Below, in pieces: positions 19,075-28,535 of a DNA stretch of 64,000 nt; the first letter of the stretch is position 1; each line of letters begins with the position of its first letter. This DNA comes from Candidatus Latescibacterota bacterium (GTDB lineage: Bacteria; Latescibacterota; UBA2968; UBA8231). Below the pieces are notes generated by a model that searched no databases, was not told where the DNA came from, and was given only the letters and a program-made list of their open reading frames with translations. The stretch is taken from the NCBI GenBank assembly GCA_965206595.1, contig OZ242214.1:448001-512000 (forward strand), in the 5' to 3' direction. The position numbers and the translations under genes were made by a program.

Positions 19075-20562
19075 TCAGCCGTCATTCGCCACGTACGCCG
19101 CGTACAGGAACACGTCCCCGGGACGCTCGCACTCCCAGTTGATCCGCAGCCGCACGGGGGAGTCGATCCCCTCCAGGGTCCGTTTTTCCTTCCAGGCGAC
19201 CGGTGTCCGCAGCCCTTCCTCGGCAACGGGAATGCAGTCGGCCCTGCCGTACCCGGGAAGCGGCCGCATGCGCTCGTCCAGCAGTTCCACGGTGAGCCGG
19301 TTCTGCGGCGCCAGCCCCTGGGCGTTGATGTACACCGACGCCGGTGAGCCCTTGAGATCGATGGGACAGGAGATGCAGTGGGGCTCGGCGTACTCCGGCA
19401 CCATGTCGCCGATGTGCTCCCGCCAGTAGAGCTGGTGGGTGTCCTCGCTCGGCAGCAGGTTGGGCCTGGGGTCGGGCACGACCTCGAAATAGCCGAGGCG
19501 GTCGCGCGGGAAGCGCGCCACGTGCAGGTCGCCGCCCCGCCAGTTCGAGTACCAGACGAGGGACTCGTCGCCGACGTTGGCGAACCCCTGGCCCTGCTCG
19601 AGGGTGGGGAAGGTGGTCCCCTCCTTTTCGATCTCGTACGCGGCGATGAACTTGAAATCCGGGATCGGCTCGGTGAAGTGAAGGGCGTCGTTGCTGACGA
19701 GGAACCCGAGGTCCATGCTGGTGAAACGGCGGTCGTTTGACTCGCCGTGCCACATGCCGTAAACCCCGATGAGGACGTTGCCCCGGTCCCAGAGGCCGGC
19801 TCCGAGGTGCACCTGCTCGCCGGCGTGGCAGCCGGCGATCTGCCGGTAGGGGTGCCGGTCGCGGCGCAGCCCCAGGACCACGGCGTCGCTCCAGTTGTCG
19901 AAGTCCCAGGAGACGAAGGTGACCAGGGCTCTCTTGGTGCCGACGTTGCCCCCCTGCCCGTTGAGGAGGTAGCAGCCGTTGAACCGGATCAGCCCGGTCG
20001 GCTCGACCGCGTTGTGCTTGAGGATCGGGTTGTTCGGCCCCTCCTTCCAGTGGATGCCGTCATGGCTGTACGAGGCGGTGATGTAGTAGGGGTTGTCCTC
20101 GGTCACCATCTTGAAGCGGCGCGCCGGATCGGGGTCCTCCGGGTCGTAGAGCACCGAGCAGGAGGCCGGAGTTCCCGGCGCTTCGAAGGGGAGGAGGTTG
20201 TTCCGCTTCGAGCCGTTGAACTCGACGAGCCCCAGCTCGGGCTTCTCCCAGTCGACGCCGTCGGTGCTGACGGCGTAGCAGACCTGCGCCGGCGTCGGCT
20301 CGCCGTCGATATCCCCGTGGCCGAGGTACCAGAGCCGCAGCTCGTCCTCGACCTGGCAGATGGCCCCGTAGTACTTGACCACGCGGCTGTCCGGCGTCCC
20401 CGGGCCGCCCCGCTTCATGGCGACGAGGTGGCCCTTGTAGGGGTTCACCCCCTCGACGAGCCCGGTCTGCAGCCGGTACCGGAACGGTATCGTGCGGTCG
20501 TCGTAGGGGAACAGCACTGCTTCGCTTATCTCGATTCCGGGTCCTCCGTTCAATACGATCAT
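19075..20562 (-). CDS. Five-bladed beta-propeller glycoside hydrolase-like protein
   Basis: CYAVSTDGVDWEKPELG, SHDGIHW, SNDALHF repeats. Confidence 0.7.
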   Translation of the reverse strand: MIVLNGGPGIEISEAVLFPYDDRTIPFRYRLQTGLVEGVNPYKGHLVAMKRGGPGTPDSRVVKYYGAICQVEDELRLWYLGHGDIDGEPTPAQVCYAVSTDGVDWEKPELGLVEFNGSKRNNLLPFEAPGTPASCSVLYDPEDPDPARRFKMVTEDNPYYITASYSHDGIHWKEGPNNPILKHNAVEPTGLIRFNGCYLLNGQGGNVGTKRALVTFVSWDFDNWSDAVVLGLRRDRHPYRQIAGCHAGEQVHLGAGLWDRGNVLIGVYGMWHGESNDRRFTSMDLGFLVSNDALHFTEPIPDFKFIAAYEIEKEGTTFPTLEQGQGFANVGDESLVWYSNWRGGDLHVARFPRDRLGYFEVVPDPRPNLLPSEDTHQLYWREHIGDMVPEYAEPHCISCPIDLKGSPASVYINAQGLAPQNRLTVELLDERMRPLPGYGRADCIPVAEEGLRTPVAWKEKRTLEGIDSPVRLRINWECERPGDVFLYAAYVANDG

Positions 20563-20673
20563 CTCTCTTCAACTCCTCGGCGTGCAGCCGTCTCGGGCTG
20601 TATGCGATGTGAGGTGGACCTCCTCATGTCTTCGATTCTGTCGGGTCCGCGGCATCGAAGCTACCTTCGCGCC

Positions 20674-21525
20674 ATGAACATCCACCACTGGTCCTTCCAT
20701 CCCGGCGATGATATAAAGAGACGGCTGCGCGCGCTCAAGAGAGAGATGACCGACCTCTGCCTCTGGCACTCGTTCCAGACGGCGCGCAAAGGCGGCTGGA
20801 GCTTCGAAGAGTGCCTGTACGAGCGCACCATGATCTGGCGATACCTTCCCTGGAAAAGCCGGTCGATGGCGCAGCACCCGGTCTCGGAAGAGAACGAGCT
20901 TTGGCAGGAGCTCTGCGAAGGCCTGGCCGCCATCTTCAGCTCGTTCGAACGGCGCGGCGATGCGGCGGCGTTTACCGGTGCCGCCATGGACTTCCTCGTT
21001 CCGATGTACGAGCGCGAAGAGCAGTACGAGGATGCCAACGCGGAGAGTCTTCTCGAGGAGCTCATCGCCAGGGACGCGGGGATGAACTGGTTCGGCTGCT
21101 TTCGCTACACCGCGGGGGACCCGGACAGGGACAGAGCGGAGATACACATCGGTAACAACACGGCACCCGATTCCCCTTTCGCGGACAGGCGAAGAAAGTT
21201 CGCCTGGATGCAGCAGCTGCTCGAAGACGCGGCGGGGGACGCCCCGTGGATCAGGCGCATCGGCACGAGCTCGTGGCTGAACAACTACGCTGCCTACACC
21301 GAGCTGTTTCCGGCGAGCTACCGCGATTCATTCGTTGCGGCGAGTCCCGGCCGCATGCGGGGATTGGGTTGGTGGGGGCAATTCATCACGCACGAGGTCA
21401 CGCTCAACGAGCGGCGGGCGGAGACGCTGAAGCAGGAGCAGCGGTTCGAGCTCGCGCAGTACCGGGGGACCTGTGAGTTCGGGGATTTCGTGGAGCACGT
21501 AGGGGGACGGCTTTCGGGCAGGTGA
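20674..21525 (+). CDS. Hypothetical protein
   Basis: 283-aa protein-like C-terminal part of the 592-aa ORF; start MNIHHW; SSWLN and GWWGQF motifs. Confidence 0.6.
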   Translation: MNIHHWSFHPGDDIKRRLRALKREMTDLCLWHSFQTARKGGWSFEECLYERTMIWRYLPWKSRSMAQHPVSEENELWQELCEGLAAIFSSFERRGDAAAFTGAAMDFLVPMYEREEQYEDANAESLLEELIARDAGMNWFGCFRYTAGDPDRDRAEIHIGNNTAPDSPFADRRRKFAWMQQLLEDAAGDAPWIRRIGTSSWLNNYAAYTELFPASYRDSFVAASPGRMRGLGWWGQFITHEVTLNERRAETLKQEQRFELAQYRGTCEFGDFVEHVGGRLSGR

Positions 21526-21563
21526 TTTCGTAGGTGCCTACCCCCGCTATCCGGCCAGTTGGT

Positions 21564-21588
21564 AATATATGCATAATATGCATATATT
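21564..21588. promoter_or_regulatory. Perfect palindrome, probable TA operator
   Basis: AATATATGCATA-A-TATGCATATATT immediately upstream of the brnA-like gene. Confidence 0.6.
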
Positions 21589-21619
21589 CAGACGGTGGAC
21601 ATGGGAGAAAGGAAGATTT

Positions 21620-21871
21620 GTGAAACAGGAATATGATTTCAGCCGTGGGAGACGAGGGGCGGTAGTCCCGCAAAGGGGGAAAACGCGAATTACCATGTAT
21701 GTAGATAACGACATCCTGGATGCCTTTCGTTCATTTTCAGATGAGGCGGGGACAGGTTATCAAACCATGATCAACGAGGCATTGAGAGATTACCTTGGAA
21801 AGAGGAAGCCTCCTGTTGACGAGGATACCCTGCGTCGAGTTTTACGAGAGGAATTGCACGCAGCGAGCTGA
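21620..21871 (+). CDS. brnA: BrnA-family antitoxin (toxin deleted)
   Basis: KQEYDFSRGRRG, KTRITMYVDNDILDAFR, GYQTMINEALRDY; GTG start. Confidence 0.85.
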   Translation: MKQEYDFSRGRRGAVVPQRGKTRITMYVDNDILDAFRSFSDEAGTGYQTMINEALRDYLGKRKPPVDEDTLRRVLREELHAAS

Positions 21872-21929
21872 TTATTCAATTAATAGATTTTTCTTCTATC
21901 GCCGAAATTTCAGAGACTCGCTTAAATCG

Positions 21930-22010
21930 CGGGCACCCCCCGTCATAGTGACGGCCTATCGCCCCAACAGACAGGATTGGGATGATGGTTTCATCGGGAG
22001 AGGAACATGA
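21930..22010 (+). pseudogene. C-terminal relic of a DUF4258-like toxin
   Basis: PVIVTAYRPNRQDWDDGF, stop overlaps the next start (ATGA). Confidence 0.55.
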
Positions 22011-22216
22011 CGAACACTACGAAACTGGTTCGCGCAGGGGAATATGCTGCGGAGGTGGAGGTGGAGCTGATCGATGGGGACGCCGGCTGGCCGCCCTACC
22101 TTTCCGTCAGGGACGCTGAAAAGCTGGATGATGTTCGTGAGGCTCTAAGGAAGGGTGACCTGGAGCACGCGGCTCGGATGTCTCGTGTATTCCATCTGAC
22201 CCCCATTGAGGCGTGA
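22007..22216 (+). CDS. Small antitoxin-like protein typically paired with DUF4258
   Basis: KLVRAGEYAAEVEVELI...WPPYLSVRDAEKLDDVREALRKGD; RBS GAGG. Confidence 0.6.
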   Translation: MTNTTKLVRAGEYAAEVEVELIDGDAGWPPYLSVRDAEKLDDVREALRKGDLEHAARMSRVFHLTPIEA

Positions 22217-22258
22217 AGCACCCCATATTCCAGTTTGCCGGAATTCGGCCGAACCAAG

Positions 22259-22976
22259 ATGAAGTCGGTTAAATTCGTTGATTATACGTATATAGAGATC
22301 AAGTCTCTTATAGAGGCTGGGTGTTTGGCGATTTTACCCACTGGATGTACGGAACAACAGGGTCCGCATTTGCCGGTGGATTTCGACACTTGGTTTGCCG
22401 AATCGGTTGCATTGGAGGCTGCACAGTACGCGGCACACATTCATGACCTGCGTGCTCTGGTTCTGCCGGCCCTTCCATTTGGCCCGACGCCCGAGCACCG
22501 GGGCTTCGGATCAGGATATGTCGACATTCCCCACTCGGTGCATGAAGAGTGTGTCTATTTCGTTCTAGGATCGCTCGCAGAGCAAGGTTTCCGAAAGATT
22601 CTTATCTGGCGCGGGTGCGGAGAACATCGACTTCAGAAGGCAACGGATAGGTTCAACGCTAAATTTGGTCCTCAATCCATGGCCTGCCTTCCGCCCCTTC
22701 CGTACCATGAGATTTGGTGCCGGGTAGCTGATCCAAATGTACCAGGTGGGCACGCCGATAGTTTCACGACCTCAATCGCCCTGCATCGCCGCCCGGACAC
22801 GGTCCAACTCGACAGGATCCCTTCGGGCCGCTCACGATCTCGATTTCACCAAATATTCAGACACAGGTGTCATCGGTGACGCGGGCCATGCGAGTGCGGA
22901 GTTGGGGCGCAGGCTTTGGAACGAGGTCATATCCACCGCCGCCGCAATTTTAAAAGAGCTCGACCGGATGGAATGA
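22259..22976 (+). pseudogene. Creatininase family protein, frameshifted near 22830
   Basis: LPTGCTEQQGPHLPVDFD, GGHAD..TS; C-terminal TGVIGDAGHASAELG lies in another frame. Confidence 0.7.
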
Positions 22977-23165
22977 GTCGATGTCTCCTTGAGGAAAATC
23001 GCACGGTGGATGAATGGGCTCCTTCGAAAGCCCTTCAAAAGAACCTTCTTTCCCGATTGGGTATGGCTTCCACGCCTTAATTCCTCTTCAGTTCGAACAA
23101 CGCATACTTTCGCCTGACCGCTTGCTTCCTTTCCAAAACCAGTCAAAATCCCGTTTATCCTGCCC

Positions 23166-26100
23166 ATGAATTCACCTAGGCCGAGCTCGGACGGTGCGAG
23201 GGTCGACAGCGCATCTTCGCTGGATGTCTTTGCCCTCCGCGACAGCGTCGTGGGCGAATACAAGCACTTCGCCACGTCGTTCACGACGATCCACGCTCCG
23301 GACATCAGCGAGCAGGTTGAGGCCATCTACGCCGAGGATCGCTATTGGCCTGAGCCGCTCATCCAGATCAACCCGAGCTACAAGCGCTCGACCGACGTTG
23401 GCACCTTGGTTTCGAACGGCGTCCTCCACCCTGGCTGCGCCGACATCTTCCGGGCGGACGGTCAGCCGCTGTCGCTCTACAAGCACCAGGAGCAGGCCGT
23501 CGCTCTCGCCGCAGAGGGGGAGAGCTTCGTGGTGACGACCGGCACGGGGTCCGGGAAGTCGCTCTGTTTCTTTATCCCCATCGTCAGCCATGTGCTTGCC
23601 GCACGGCGGGCGAACGCGCAGCGGCGCACCCACGCCATCGTTGTCTACCCGATGAACGCGCTCGCGAACTCGCAGATGGAGGAGCTGAGCAAGTTCATCG
23701 ATCCGGTGCCTGGAGATCGGCCGATCACGTTCGCCCGCTACACGGGGCAGGAGGACAGGGACGAGCGGAGGCGTGTTGCAGACGAGCCCCCGGACATTCT
23801 CCTCACCAACTTCATGATGCTCGAGCTCCTGATGACGCGGCAGGAGGAGGTCGACCGCCGGGTCATCGGAAACTGCGCGGGCCTTGGCTTCCTCGTCCTG
23901 GACGAACTCCACACGTACCGCGGCCGCCAGGGTGCCGACGTGGCGCTGCTGGTGCGCCGTGTCCGTGAGCGCCTCCAGCCCAAAAAGCTTCTGTGCATCG
24001 GCACCTCGGCCACGATGGCGAGCGAAGGATCGCTGGAGGACAAGAGCCGCGTGGTCGCCGGCGTGGCTTCGAAGCTCTTCGGGGTCCCCATCGCCGAAAG
24101 CAACATCATCGCCGAAACGCTCGAGCGCATTACCGATTCAACCGCGACCGCCGATTCGGTGAGGCCCGACCTTGGCACGGCCATCGATGACGGCGTACTG
24201 CCGGACATCTCCGACGCGGCGCTTCGGGAGCACCCGCTTGCGGTGTGGGTGGAGACGCGGCTTGGTATCTCGTTCTCCGAGGTCGACCAGCGCTGGGTCC
24301 GAGCGAAGCCCATGACGGTGACCGATGCGGTGGACAGGCTCTCGGCGGAATCCGGTCGACCTGGCGCCGCATGCGGCAAAGCGCTGCGAGATCTTCTTCT
24401 CGTGTCGAGCGTCCCCGAGCGGGTACGGACCTCGAACTCTGGCGCAAGCAAGGACAGCTTCTACTCGTTCAAGCTCCACCAGTTCATCTCGGGTGCCGGC
24501 CACGCCTATATGACGATGGAGCCGCCCGGCACTCGCAAAGTGACGGTTGATGGTCAGCAGTTCCTTCCCGGCCACGCGGACAAGCGACTTTACGCCGTTC
24601 ACTTCTGTCGGGAATGTGGGCACGAATATCACCCGGTGCGGTTGGTGCAACAGGAGGACGGTTCGGTCTTCCTCGCGCGCGACATCGACGACGCGCCTCC
24701 GACCAAGCAGGACGACGCCGAAGTAGATGCGCACGAGGCGCGGCCCGAAGGGGAGTTCGGTTTCCTGACGCCGCATCTGCCCAACGATCCCGACTTCAGC
24801 TTCGACGACCGTGACGAGGACTACCCCGAGACCTGGCTCGAGTTCGACGCCAGCGCCCGCCCGCGGCTCAAGAAGTACTACCGCGAAGCGCGTGCGCGGC
24901 ACTTCAGGGTCGCCCCGGACGGGCAAGTCGGTTCGGGCACGACGGTGTGGTTCCTGCCCGGCAAGTTCCGACTCTGTCTCCGCTGCGGGCACACCCAGGG
25001 TGGTGCGGCGCGCGATCGCACACGTCTCGCCTCTCTCTCGGCGGAGGGCCGCAGCTCGGCAACCACCGTACTCGTCGCCGGCACACTGCGCTGGATGCAC
25101 GGCACCGAGTCGGCGATGGACCGCTACACACGGAAGCTTCTCGGCTTCACCGACAACCGTCAGGACGCCGCGCTCCAGGCCGGCCATTTCAACGACTTTC
25201 TCTTCGTGAGCCTCGTTCGTGCGGGCTTCCTTGGTGCGCTGCAGGATGCAGGCTCGAACGGGCTCCGGAGCGACGGGTTGGGCGTCGCCGTGCAGCGCAC
25301 GCTTGGCTTCGACCGATCGGATGCGCAGATCCGCGCCGAGTGGCTACTGGAGCCCTCGCTGCGCGGCTTCAACTTGCAGGAGGCGGAGGGCACGCTCCGG
25401 CAGGTGCTCGCCTACCGCGTGTGGTTCGATCAACGACGCGGCTGGCGCTACACCAACCCGAACCTCGAGCAGCTCGAGATGGTCCAGGTGGAGTACCTCG
25501 GGCTCGACGACCTCGCCGCGGACGACGAGTTGTTCGCCGACTCGCACCGCTTGCTGCAGCAGGCCAGCGGCGCTGTCCGGAAAGAGGTATATCGTGAGCT
25601 GCTCGACCACATGCGGAAGTGGATGGCGATCCGCAACCAGGTTCTCGACGCCGCGGTCCTGGAGCAGTTGGTCGCGAAGTCGCACAGCCGCATCCGGTCA
25701 CCCTGGGGACTCGGCAGTGACGAGAAGCCGAGAGGTGCGCGGTGGCTGATGATCGTCGCGCCCACTCGGCGGGCAAGCAGCCTCCGCGACACGGATCTGA
25801 TCGTGCGCGGCGGCTCACGAAGTGGTCTCGGGCGGACGCTGCGCTCGACGGCGCTCTGGGGCGGCGACGCGTCCATCCGCGATCTGAAATCCAAGGAGTT
25901 CGACCAACTCGTCGAGGACCTCCTCCGTGCGGGCGCGACGCACGGCCTGGTGTCGGAGGAGAGCACTCCGTTCGACCAGCCCGGGTGGCGCCTCAACGAC
26001 GCGTGCGTCGTCTTCCAATTGGGCGACGCGCCGACGGACGGCAGCGATTCCAAGCAGAACGCGTTCTTCCGCGACCTCTACGAGAACCTCGCGACGATGC

Positions 26101-28535
26101 TACGCGCGCCGATGCATCCGCTGTTCGGGTTCGAGGCGCGCGAGCACACCGCCCAGGTCGATCCCGACAACCGGGAGATCCGGGAGAAGCGCTTTCGCTT
26201 CGGTGAGCGGGAACGCGAGGAGCTTGGGGAGGACGAGCAGCGACTCCGAGAGGCCGGCGAAACCAATCGGTTCCTGCCGGTCCTTTTTTGTTCCCCTACG
26301 ATGGAGCTCGGCGTCGACATCGCATTGCTCAACGCCGTCCACATGCGCAACGTTCCGCCCACGCCGGCGAACTACGCCCAGCGCGGCGGCCGCGCGGGCC
26401 GCAACGGACAGGCTGCCCTGGTCATCACCTACGCTTCTTCGCAGAGCCCGCACGACCAGCACTTCTTCCACGATCCCAGGGAGATGGTCCACGGAGAGGT
26501 ACGTGCGCCCGTGCTCGAACTCGCGAACCGGGACCTGATCGACAGCCATCTCCAGGCGGTCTGGCTCTCGTGCGTCGACCAGCCGCTTGACCCCTGTATC
26601 GCGGAGCTGCTCACCCTCAATGAAGTCGGCCGTCCTCTCAAGCCCGACCTCAAGGCGGCGCTGGAGGAGAGGCGCATCGCTGACGGCGCAGGCGAACGGA
26701 TCCGGCGCGTCCTGGACCTGGTGGCAGACGATCTCACGTCCGAGATCGCACCCTGGTACACGGGCCGGGATGCCTATTCGGATGCCATCGTGGCGTCGGC
26801 CGCGGAGCGCTTCGACGAGGCGTTCCATCGCTGGCGAGACCTTTTTGCAGCCGCCGAGGAGCAGCGCGACGCTGCGCGCAGGACCATGGACGACTACTCC
26901 ACCCCCTACCAGGAGAAGCGCGCGGCGCAGACCCGGCACGCGCAGGCGCTGGACCAGCTCAACCTGCTCCAGCGTGGGACGAACGCGCTCTCGAGCGACT
27001 TCTACACGTACCGGTACCTCGCCACCGAGGGCTTCCTGCCCGGGTACAACTTCCCCAGGCTCCCCCTCCTCGCCTACATCCCGGCGAGTAGGGATGGTGG
27101 TGGACGGCAGACGTACCTGCAGCGTCCGCGCTTCCTCGCGCTTGCCGAGTTCGGCCCTCGCAGCCTCGTCTACCACGAGGGGCGCGCCCACCGGGTCGTG
27201 CGAGCCCTCCTGTCGCTCGGTCACCGGGATTCCGCGACGCCTGACGCGCAACTGCCCACGAGGGCCGTGCGCATCTGCGCGAGCTGCGGGGCAGGACACT
27301 TCGGAGATGATCTGTCGATCTGCCACTCCTGCGGAACGTCCCTCGGCAGCGCCGAGGTCGTGGGCAACACGTACCGGATCGAAAACGTTGCGACCATGCC
27401 GGCCGAGCAGATCACCGCGAACGACGAAGAGCGCCAGCGCCAGGGTTTCGACCTGCAAACGACGTTCGAGTGGGCGATCCGCGACCAGGAGATCGACGTG
27501 CAGCGCGCGTCGGCCTGCGACGAGGAGGGCGCGATCGCGAGCATGGCGTACGGCGCCGGGGCGACGATCACGCGTCTCAACAAGGGCCTGCGTCGAAGAG
27601 CCGACAAGAAAGTCCTCGGCTTCCGCATCGACCCGGTATCCGGGTACTGGGCCAGGAACGAGGACGACGCGGACGAGAGCGCACTCGATCCTACGGCGTC
27701 GCCTCGGCAGTGGATCGTCCCCAGCGTTCAGGACCGCAGAAACGCGCTTCTCTTTCAGCCCGTCGGCGACACTCTTTCGGAAATCACCATGGCCACGGTG
27801 CAGCATGCGATCCTGCGCGGCCTCGAGGCGGTGTTCCAACTCGAGGAAGGCGAGATGCTCGCCGAACCGATGCCGACGCGTGACGTCCGTAACGGCTTCC
27901 TGCTCTACGAGGCCACCGAAGGCGGAGCCGGCGTGCTCACGCGGCTCGTGAGCCAGGAGAAGGACCTCGCCACCGTCGCACGCAGGGCGCTGCGGATCAT
28001 GCATCTCGCTGTCGGCGAGGAGCCTTTGCCAGAGTCCACATCGGGCCTTTCAGACCAGGGAACGACCTGCGTGGCCGCCTGCTACCGGTGCCTGATGTCG
28101 TACTACAACCAGCCCGACCACGAATGTCTCGATCGCCGCGACGAGGACGCTCGCGCGATGCTGCTGCGCCTGGCGCGCGCTCGCACGCTCCCGCCGTTGG
28201 AGGTGAGCCCTGTCGAGAACGCGCTCGGTGGTAGTATCAGTGCAACCGCCACCCTGTCGAAGCCGGTCCTCACCGTGTCGGTCGAGGACCGGTGGCTCGC
28301 CGAAGCAACGCGGCGCGGAATTCCAGCTCCGGATCCGAAGCCGCTCACGGCGGGCGACCGGTCCGTGCGCTGCGTCTGGCGCAGGCATTACGTTGCGGCG
28401 ATCATCGACCAGGCCGACCGTCCGGCCCTGGAGCCGATGGAGGATCTCGGCTTCGAAGTCGTCCAGTTCGAGGAGCCCGCAGGCTGGCGTGCTGCCTTCG
28501 CGCGGCTGGCTTCGGCCTTGGGGCAAGCGTCGTGA
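23166..28535 (+). CDS. Large YprA-family DEAD/DEAH helicase with DUF1998 (DrmA/B- or DruE-like)
   Basis: LYKHQ, TTGTGSGKS, YPMNALANSQ, DELHTY, TSAT, PTMELGVDI, QRGGRAGR; Zn motifs; DUF1998 YEATEGGAG...CVAACYRCL; 1789 aa. Confidence 0.9.
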   Translation: MNSPRPSSDGARVDSASSLDVFALRDSVVGEYKHFATSFTTIHAPDISEQVEAIYAEDRYWPEPLIQINPSYKRSTDVGTLVSNGVLHPGCADIFRADGQPLSLYKHQEQAVALAAEGESFVVTTGTGSGKSLCFFIPIVSHVLAARRANAQRRTHAIVVYPMNALANSQMEELSKFIDPVPGDRPITFARYTGQEDRDERRRVADEPPDILLTNFMMLELLMTRQEEVDRRVIGNCAGLGFLVLDELHTYRGRQGADVALLVRRVRERLQPKKLLCIGTSATMASEGSLEDKSRVVAGVASKLFGVPIAESNIIAETLERITDSTATADSVRPDLGTAIDDGVLPDISDAALREHPLAVWVETRLGISFSEVDQRWVRAKPMTVTDAVDRLSAESGRPGAACGKALRDLLLVSSVPERVRTSNSGASKDSFYSFKLHQFISGAGHAYMTMEPPGTRKVTVDGQQFLPGHADKRLYAVHFCRECGHEYHPVRLVQQEDGSVFLARDIDDAPPTKQDDAEVDAHEARPEGEFGFLTPHLPNDPDFSFDDRDEDYPETWLEFDASARPRLKKYYREARARHFRVAPDGQVGSGTTVWFLPGKFRLCLRCGHTQGGAARDRTRLASLSAEGRSSATTVLVAGTLRWMHGTESAMDRYTRKLLGFTDNRQDAALQAGHFNDFLFVSLVRAGFLGALQDAGSNGLRSDGLGVAVQRTLGFDRSDAQIRAEWLLEPSLRGFNLQEAEGTLRQVLAYRVWFDQRRGWRYTNPNLEQLEMVQVEYLGLDDLAADDELFADSHRLLQQASGAVRKEVYRELLDHMRKWMAIRNQVLDAAVLEQLVAKSHSRIRSPWGLGSDEKPRGARWLMIVAPTRRASSLRDTDLIVRGGSRSGLGRTLRSTALWGGDASIRDLKSKEFDQLVEDLLRAGATHGLVSEESTPFDQPGWRLNDACVVFQLGDAPTDGSDSKQNAFFRDLYENLATMLRAPMHPLFGFEAREHTAQVDPDNREIREKRFRFGEREREELGEDEQRLREAGETNRFLPVLFCSPTMELGVDIALLNAVHMRNVPPTPANYAQRGGRAGRNGQAALVITYASSQSPHDQHFFHDPREMVHGEVRAPVLELANRDLIDSHLQAVWLSCVDQPLDPCIAELLTLNEVGRPLKPDLKAALEERRIADGAGERIRRVLDLVADDLTSEIAPWYTGRDAYSDAIVASAAERFDEAFHRWRDLFAAAEEQRDAARRTMDDYSTPYQEKRAAQTRHAQALDQLNLLQRGTNALSSDFYTYRYLATEGFLPGYNFPRLPLLAYIPASRDGGGRQTYLQRPRFLALAEFGPRSLVYHEGRAHRVVRALLSLGHRDSATPDAQLPTRAVRICASCGAGHFGDDLSICHSCGTSLGSAEVVGNTYRIENVATMPAEQITANDEERQRQGFDLQTTFEWAIRDQEIDVQRASACDEEGAIASMAYGAGATITRLNKGLRRRADKKVLGFRIDPVSGYWARNEDDADESALDPTASPRQWIVPSVQDRRNALLFQPVGDTLSEITMATVQHAILRGLEAVFQLEEGEMLAEPMPTRDVRNGFLLYEATEGGAGVLTRLVSQEKDLATVARRALRIMHLAVGEEPLPESTSGLSDQGTTCVAACYRCLMSYYNQPDHECLDRRDEDARAMLLRLARARTLPPLEVSPVENALGGSISATATLSKPVLTVSVEDRWLAEATRRGIPAPDPKPLTAGDRSVRCVWRRHYVAAIIDQADRPALEPMEDLGFEVVQFEEPAGWRAAFARLASALGQAS

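Noticed and set aside
17403-19517. Gene-end duplication as a DGR template/variable repeat pair
   Set aside because: Mismatches are not adenine-specific (many G/C synonymous swaps plus an indel) and no reverse transcriptase is in the window
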